From Planctomycetota bacterium (GTDB taxonomy: Bacteria > Planctomycetota > UBA8742 > UBA2392): 64,000 nt of DNA. The stretch lies in assembly GCA_016722065.1 (NCBI GenBank), contig JADKGX010000002.1:126264-190263 (forward strand). Reading direction: 5' to 3'. The translations under genes were made by a program, and so were the position numbers. The notes beneath the pieces were generated by a model. The model saw only the letters and a program-made list of their open reading frames with translations, was not told where the DNA came from and searched no databases. This document shows, in pieces, positions 58,796 to 64,000 of the stretch (positions are counted from its first letter, which is position 1; each line of letters starts with the position of its first letter).

Positions 58796-59774
58796 GCGTG
58801 TCTTGGTTGTAGGCAGCGGAAGTTTCGGCACTGCCATTGCCGTTGTGGCAGCGCGCCGTGGTGCCCATGTAACGCTGTGGGCGCGCCGACCCGAGCTTGC
58901 CGCAGAGCTGCGCGCACGCCGAGAAAACGTCACGTTCCTGCAGGGCGTAAAACTGCCCGAAAACATTGAGCCCGTCAGTGAAGTCGGCAACGCCGGGCAA
59001 TACGACTGGGTGTTCAGCGCCGTTCCCACGACCTATGTGCGGGACGTGTTCTCGGCCTTGCGCTGGGAGTATCCGCCCGAGTTGCCCATTGTGAGCCTTT
59101 CCAAGGGTATTGAGCAATCCTCGCTGGAGTTCCCGACACAGATTCTTCTGAACGTCACTCGCGCGCGGCACGCCTTGACGCTAAGCGGTCCCAGCCATGC
59201 AGAAGAAGTTGCCCGCGGGTTGCCGTGCGTGCTGGTAAGTGCCGGTGACGACGCCCTGGCACCGCGCTTGGCCACGTTGCTTTCCGGCAACAGCCTGCGC
59301 GTCTACCACAGCCGCGATCTGGTGGGCGTTGAACTTGCCGGTGCGGCCAAGAATGTCGTCGCCATTGCTGCGGGCATGGTGGAAGGCCTGGGCCTTGGTG
59401 ACAACGCAAAGGCCGCACTGCTGGCGCGCGGGCTGGCAGAAATCGCCCGTTTGGGCGCAGCCATGGGCGCCCAGGCGCGAACGTTTTACGGCCTAAGCGG
59501 CCTTGGCGACCTGTACACCACCTGCGCCAGCCCCTACGGCCGCAACCGCGCGTTTGGCGTGCGCGTTGGCAAAGGCGAAAAGCCTCAAGCCATCATCGAC
59601 AGCATGGAAATGGTGGCAGAAGGCTTCAACACGGCCAAGGCCTTGAAAACGCTGGCCGACAGCAAGGGCGTAGAAATGCCGATCTGCGAGGAAGTTTGCG
59701 CGATTCTGTACGGAAGCGCAGACCCAGCAGAAGCCGTCACAAGGCTGATGACCAGGGCACTGAAGGCCGAGTAA
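58788..59774 (+). CDS. gpsA: NAD(P)H-dependent glycerol-3-phosphate dehydrogenase
   Basis: VVGSGSFGTA dinucleotide motif. GAAKNV and GPSHAEEV motifs. Start overlaps the plsY stop. Confidence 0.9.
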   Translation: MAERVLVVGSGSFGTAIAVVAARRGAHVTLWARRPELAAELRARRENVTFLQGVKLPENIEPVSEVGNAGQYDWVFSAVPTTYVRDVFSALRWEYPPELPIVSLSKGIEQSSLEFPTQILLNVTRARHALTLSGPSHAEEVARGLPCVLVSAGDDALAPRLATLLSGNSLRVYHSRDLVGVELAGAAKNVVAIAAGMVEGLGLGDNAKAALLARGLAEIARLGAAMGAQARTFYGLSGLGDLYTTCASPYGRNRAFGVRVGKGEKPQAIIDSMEMVAEGFNTAKALKTLADSKGVEMPICEEVCAILYGSADPAEAVTRLMTRALKAE

Positions 59775-59845
59775 CGGACCGTGGGCGTCCTGCCCGCCGA
59801 ACCTGCAAGCAAGGGCTGCAAGGATGGCCGCGGTCCGGGGCTGGC

Positions 59846-60775
59846 TTACTTGGTTCCCAGGACTTCGCGTGCTGCCTTCAGAATGCCTTGGGCGTCGATG
59901 CCGTACTTCTTCCACAGTTGCTCGCTGTCGCCGCTTTCCCCAAACGTGTCTTGCGTGCCTACAAATCGCGTGGGCGTCGGGCGCAGCTTGGCCAGGGCTT
60001 CAGCGACCGCGCCGCCCAGCCCGCCGATTACGTTGTGTTCTTCCGCAGTGACAACCGCGCCGCAGGTGGTCGCCAGTTTCACAAGCGCTTCCGTATCCAG
60101 CGGCTTGACGGTATGAAAATCGGCCACGGCCGCGCTGATGCCTTCTTTGGCTAGAATCTCTGCGGCTTCCAGCGCAAAAGCCACGCAGGGGCCGTTGGCG
60201 ACAATCGCCACGTCCTTTCCCTCTCGCAGCACTTTTGCTTTGCCAAGCTGGAACGGTTCGCCGTCCTTGTAAACGTCTTTCACTTTGGGCCGGCCCAGGC
60301 GCAGGTACACCGGCCCTTTGTGCCTGGCCACGGCCTTGGTGGCGGCGTAGGCGCTGGCGTAATCCGCGGGCACTACCACCGTCATGCCCGGAATCACGCG
60401 CATGATTGCCACGTCTTCCAGGGCCTGGTGGCTGGCACCGTCTTCGCCCACGCCCAGCCCGCTGTGGGTGCAGGCAACTTTGACGTTCAAGCCCGGATAA
60501 CCCACGGTGTTGCGCACGCTTTCCCAGGCGCGGCCGGTGCCAAACATGGCGAAGGTGGTTGCAAAGGGAACCTTGCCCGTGGTGGCCATGCCGGCGGCAA
60601 CGTCAATCATGTTGGCTTCGGCTATGCCCATCTGGAAAAAGCGGTAGGGGTACTGCTTGGCAAAATCATCGGTCTTGACGCTGCCGCCAAGGTCGGCCGT
60701 CAGGGCCACTACCTCTGGCATTTCAGCGCCTAGTTCAAGCAAGGCTTTTCCAAAGGCATCACGGGTTGCGCGCAT
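59846..60775 (-). CDS. Transketolase C-terminal subunit (split transketolase, Pyr + C-terminal domains)
   Basis: 309 aa. Pyrimidine-binding (GIAEANM) and C-terminal domain blocks. No N-terminal subunit gene adjacent in this window. Confidence 0.85.
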   Translation of the reverse strand: MRATRDAFGKALLELGAEMPEVVALTADLGGSVKTDDFAKQYPYRFFQMGIAEANMIDVAAGMATTGKVPFATTFAMFGTGRAWESVRNTVGYPGLNVKVACTHSGLGVGEDGASHQALEDVAIMRVIPGMTVVVPADYASAYAATKAVARHKGPVYLRLGRPKVKDVYKDGEPFQLGKAKVLREGKDVAIVANGPCVAFALEAAEILAKEGISAAVADFHTVKPLDTEALVKLATTCGAVVTAEEHNVIGGLGGAVAEALAKLRPTPTRFVGTQDTFGESGDSEQLWKKYGIDAQGILKAAREVLGTK

Positions 60776-60814
60776 GGTTTCCCCTCAAGGCGCGGGCAGC
60801 ATAGGCGGCAAGCG

Positions 60815-62227
60815 TTACGGCGCAACGGTGTGGGAAACTGCGGGCCGTGGCTTGACCCGTGCCAGAAACGCCAGGCCCAGCAGCAGGGGCAGCGCTTGCA
60901 GCATCAATGCGGCCTTCCAGCCCAGCAGGTCATCGCCAGTGGCGCGGGTCACCACGTCAACGGCAATGCCAAATACGGCGCTGCCGATCACGGAAAGCTT
61001 TACGGTAATGCCATACAGTCCAAAATATTCCCCAAGCTTGTCGCGCGGGGCCAGCTCAATCAAGAGTTTGCGGCCGGCAGTCCAAATTCCAGCCAACCCC
61101 AGGCCGCCAAAGCCACAGATCCCCGCAAAGTACAGCAACACATTGCTGCCGCCACCAAGCGCCGCCCCCACCAGCCCCAAGGCCAGAAACGCAGCCGAAA
61201 GCCGCAGCACGCGCAGGCTGCCCCACTTGTCTGTCAAAAAGCCCAGTACCAGCCCGAACAACAGAGCCAGCACGTTCAAGGTCAGGCCGGCATACTTCAG
61301 CAGGGTTGAAGGCGTGTTCATGGCAAGGCCCAGCAGCTCGATCGTTCCTGAGCGAGGCACCCAGCGGGCGATATCGGCCGTTCCAGCGTTCACAAAGAAG
61401 GTGTTCTTGGTGAAGTCGCCAAAGAAGGCAATCGCGGTGTTCAGCACATCAACACAAAAGAAGTTGCCCAGCAGAAACCACATCACGGCGCGGTCGCGTG
61501 GCAGGCCCTTCAATGTGGCCTTCAACGACACAAACTGCTGGCGCACCAGCGCCATCGAAAACGGCGTGCGGTTGTTCACCCTGCGTTCTCGCACAACCAG
61601 AAAGCACGGCAGCGCCAGGCCGAAGAACATCAGCGCCGCCACACCAAAAGTGCCGTCGTAGCCAATGCTTTCGGGCAGATCCAGCAGCACCACAATCAGA
61701 ATCGTTCCAATGTATCCCAGGCCCACACCAGCGCCTGAAACCAGCCCCTGGTGCTTGTCTGCGGCCACGCTGGGCAGCAGCGAGTTGTAGAACGTCAACG
61801 CGGCGTTGTAGCCCAGGTTGGCCACAAAAAAGGCAAGCATCAGCAGCACTACACTGTCACTCAGGCCAAAACAGGCCAGCCCGCCAATGCAGGCCATGGT
61901 GGTAACAATCAGGTACAGTCGTGCCCGGCCAGTGTGATCGGCCAGCGACGAAAACAGTGGCACGCCCAGCCCGGCCACGATCATGCTGAGACTGTTGACG
62001 ATGCCCTGAATCGATCGCGTACGAAACATGTCGCCGATGTATGGAAAGAACAAAAACGTCAGCGATGCCGCATACACCGTGTTGGCAGTGTCATACAGAA
62101 CCCACGCAGCACTGGGCACCACAAGCGTACGGGCCAGCGTGGAATGCGCCTTTGGGCCCTCCGCTGCGTGCTCCGCGATTTCCAGCGGCGGGGGGTTCAG
62201 TGGCGGGATGATTTCGCCCTGCGACAT
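60815..62227 (-). CDS. MFS transporter
   Basis: 470 aa, ~12 predicted TM helices. MFS-like loop motifs. Confidence 0.8.
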   Translation of the reverse strand: MSQGEIIPPLNPPPLEIAEHAAEGPKAHSTLARTLVVPSAAWVLYDTANTVYAASLTFLFFPYIGDMFRTRSIQGIVNSLSMIVAGLGVPLFSSLADHTGRARLYLIVTTMACIGGLACFGLSDSVVLLMLAFFVANLGYNAALTFYNSLLPSVAADKHQGLVSGAGVGLGYIGTILIVVLLDLPESIGYDGTFGVAALMFFGLALPCFLVVRERRVNNRTPFSMALVRQQFVSLKATLKGLPRDRAVMWFLLGNFFCVDVLNTAIAFFGDFTKNTFFVNAGTADIARWVPRSGTIELLGLAMNTPSTLLKYAGLTLNVLALLFGLVLGFLTDKWGSLRVLRLSAAFLALGLVGAALGGGSNVLLYFAGICGFGGLGLAGIWTAGRKLLIELAPRDKLGEYFGLYGITVKLSVIGSAVFGIAVDVVTRATGDDLLGWKAALMLQALPLLLGLAFLARVKPRPAVSHTVAP

Positions 62228-62322
62228 ACATCGACATTAGCCGCCACGCTGGCCAACAGAAAAGGGGTCAGGCGCGGTTGGCGGCCTGACCCCTGTGCAA
62301 CAACGGGAGAGCATTCCCGGTT

Positions 62323-62529
62323 TCAAGTGGTGAAAGTGCTGGCGGTGTGGCGCGGCAGGGGGTGGGCCCGAAGTTCCTTGGAAAAGTCAGCGATTTCGGA
62401 TTCCGCAAAGAAGCTGCGTTCGCGCCGGCGGTTTTCAAACCATGCGCCCTTGATGCCGTTGCGCACCGACTGCTCCACGAAGCTGAGCTCGCGGACCTGG
62501 CAGAAAGAAGTCACCGATGCAGCGTCCAT
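62323..62529 (-). CDS. Small hypothetical protein (uncertain)
   Basis: 68-aa ORF from internal Met (MDAAS), downstream of a relatively AT-rich intergenic region. No motif. Confidence 0.3.
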   Translation of the reverse strand: MDAASVTSFCQVRELSFVEQSVRNGIKGAWFENRRRERSFFAESEIADFSKELRAHPLPRHTASTFTT

Positions 62530-62728
62530 GTCTGGCTCCGGTGCGCCCTGCTGCAATCAAGTAACCGTTGGCCGCAGTTGAGTCAACCTTGAATCCTGAC
62601 ACTACCCTCACACATTGTCGGTAATGCCTTAACTGCCACCACTTCTGCGCTTATCCACCGTTTCCAATTGTTCTCCACATTTCGGCCGGTCCAACTTGCT
62701 GGGCGAGCTTTCAGTGCGGAATCAGCCC

Positions 62729-63931
62729 TCACGACAGCTCGCTGGCGAATTTTTGCAGGCGTTCGATGGCCTTGGTGATTTCCGTGTCGCTGGCGGCGTA
62801 GCTGAATCGCACAAACCCCGGCGCGCCGAATTCGCTGCCTGGCACCCCTCCCACCAGCGCATTTTGCAGCAAGACCTCACACAGCGTGCTGTCGTCTTTG
62901 ATCAGCGTTTCGCCGTGTCGCTTGCCAATCCAGGCACTGAAATCCGGAAACACATAGAACGCCCCGCCCGGGCAGGCGCACTTTGCGCCCTTGGCGGCAT
63001 TCAGGCCACTGACCATACGGTCGCGTCGCGCAGCGTATTGCTTGCGCCAGGAGGGAAGCTCCTGTGGGTCCTGGGCCAATGCCTTCAATGTGGCAATCTG
63101 CGCCACGGTGGCTGGGTTGCTGGTGCTGTGGCTTTGCAGGGCGTTCATGGCCTTGATGACTGCGACAGGACCGGCGGAATAGCCAATGCGCCAGCCCGTC
63201 ATGGCATAGGCCTTGGCCACGCCATTGACGGTGATAGTGCGCGCGTAAGCATCTGCCGACAGCCCGGCAAACGAAACGTGGGCGCCGTCATAGACCAGCT
63301 TTTCATAGATCTCGTCACTGATGACTGCGATGTCCGTACCCTGCAAGGCTGCGGCAATCTCCTGTTGCGCCGGGCCGGACCACACCGCGCCCGTGGGGTT
63401 GCCGGGGGAGTTCACGATCAACAGCCGGGTGCGCGGCGTAATCGCCGCCTTGAGTTGCTGCGCCGTCAGCACAAAGCCGGTCTTGCTGGTATCGACCACG
63501 ACCGGTGTGCCGCCGAAAAAGCGAATCATTTCGGGATAGCTGACCCAATGGGGCGCGGGCACGATGACTTCGTCGCCGTCATCAACCAGCGCGCCGATTG
63601 CATTGAAGATGCTGTGCTTGGCACCGCATGAAAGCAGTATCTGTTCCGGCTTGTACTCCAGCCCGTTGTCACGCCTGAACTTATCAGCCACGGCCTTGAT
63701 GACGTCGGGCATGCCCGCCACAGGCGTGTAACGACCCACCACACCGCCTTTTTGCAGGGCATCGATGGCGGCCTGTCGAATCGCCATGGGCGTTTCGAAA
63801 TCTGGTTCACCGGCGGTCAGGGCTACAATGTCTTTGCCTTCGGCCTTGAGGGCCTTGGCTTTGGCAGTCAGCGCCAGGGTTGCGGAAGGCTGAATGCGCC
63901 CGACACGTCGGGCGAGTCGAAGGTTGGGCAT
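62729..63931 (-). CDS. Aspartate/aromatic aminotransferase (class I PLP aminotransferase)
   Basis: 400 aa. AAT-like blocks (NSPGNPTG, SKAYAMTGWRIGY PLP-lysine). Confidence 0.85.
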   Translation of the reverse strand: MPNLRLARRVGRIQPSATLALTAKAKALKAEGKDIVALTAGEPDFETPMAIRQAAIDALQKGGVVGRYTPVAGMPDVIKAVADKFRRDNGLEYKPEQILLSCGAKHSIFNAIGALVDDGDEVIVPAPHWVSYPEMIRFFGGTPVVVDTSKTGFVLTAQQLKAAITPRTRLLIVNSPGNPTGAVWSGPAQQEIAAALQGTDIAVISDEIYEKLVYDGAHVSFAGLSADAYARTITVNGVAKAYAMTGWRIGYSAGPVAVIKAMNALQSHSTSNPATVAQIATLKALAQDPQELPSWRKQYAARRDRMVSGLNAAKGAKCACPGGAFYVFPDFSAWIGKRHGETLIKDDSTLCEVLLQNALVGGVPGSEFGAPGFVRFSYAASDTEITKAIERLQKFASELS

Positions 63932-63940
63932 GGCTTGTTC

Positions 63941-64000
63941 TCAGGCTTTCTTGATCCGGGGCATGACGATGTCAAAACTGCCCAGGACCTGCAGGTAGGT
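63941..64000 (-). CDS. 3' end of a minus-strand gene truncated by the window edge (product unknown)
   Basis: Stop codon complement TCA at 63941-63943, then an open frame to the window end. Confidence 0.3.
   Translation of the reverse strand, partial: TYLQVLGSFDIVMPRIKKA

Noticed and set aside
1-64000. CRISPR arrays, IS elements, integrases, phage genes
   Set aside because: No direct-repeat/spacer periodicity, terminal inverted repeats, transposase or integrase ORFs were found. The only mobile-type module is the VapBC pair.

Overview
This is a high-GC (~64-65%) bacterial chromosomal segment that is densely packed with genes on both strands. I found no rRNA, CRISPR array, insertion sequence or phage-like element. 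I call about 70 CDS and one tRNA, tRNA-Val(UAC) at 39008-39083 on the minus strand.

Recognisable core genes and operons:
- A peptide/nickel-type ABC uptake system: a lipoprotein substrate-binding protein plus an unusual single-polypeptide fusion of two DppB/DppC-like permeases.
- A PrkA (YeaG-like) serine kinase to DUF444/YeaH module, interrupted by a TPR/zinc-ribbon protein and a GT9 heptosyltransferase-like glycosyltransferase.
- A CoA-dependent catabolic island: acyl-CoA dehydrogenase, enoyl-CoA hydratase, 2Fe-2S ferredoxin, MarR, RidA, two SDRs, a creatininase-family protein, a benzoate-CoA-ligase-family enzyme and a hotdog thioesterase. It carries an embedded VapBC toxin-antitoxin pair.
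- rpsA, crcB, sucC, coaD, and two tandem glutathione peroxidases, one of them secreted.
- mpg (3-methyladenine DNA glycosylase) and an O-methyltransferase.
- A complete minus-strand histidine operon, hisZ-G-D-C-B-H-A-(extra HisA-like paralog)-F-IE. The hisIE product carries a C-terminal SpoT-like HD domain.
- aroB-dprA, a bifunctional homocysteine S-methyltransferase/MTHFR, plsY-gpsA, a transketolase C-terminal subunit, an MFS transporter and an aspartate aminotransferase.

The least-explained parts, and my candidates for something novel, are:
1. A four-gene plus-strand cluster at 49594-53922: an acidic/Pro-Lys-rich protein ending in a ribosomal L7/L12 C-terminal-like domain, a small protein, an FHA-domain protein and a 2-TM membrane protein. 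A perfect 16-bp palindrome sits in its promoter region.
2. Three tandem paralogous secreted TPR-like proteins at 23786-27801, downstream of a dihaem cytochrome c.
3. The HisIE-HD fusion and the extra HisA-like paralog inside the his operon.
4. The modified PrkA-YeaH locus.
5. An Old-Yellow-Enzyme/FN3 fusion.

All calls are from reading the translations and the DNA. No database searches were run.
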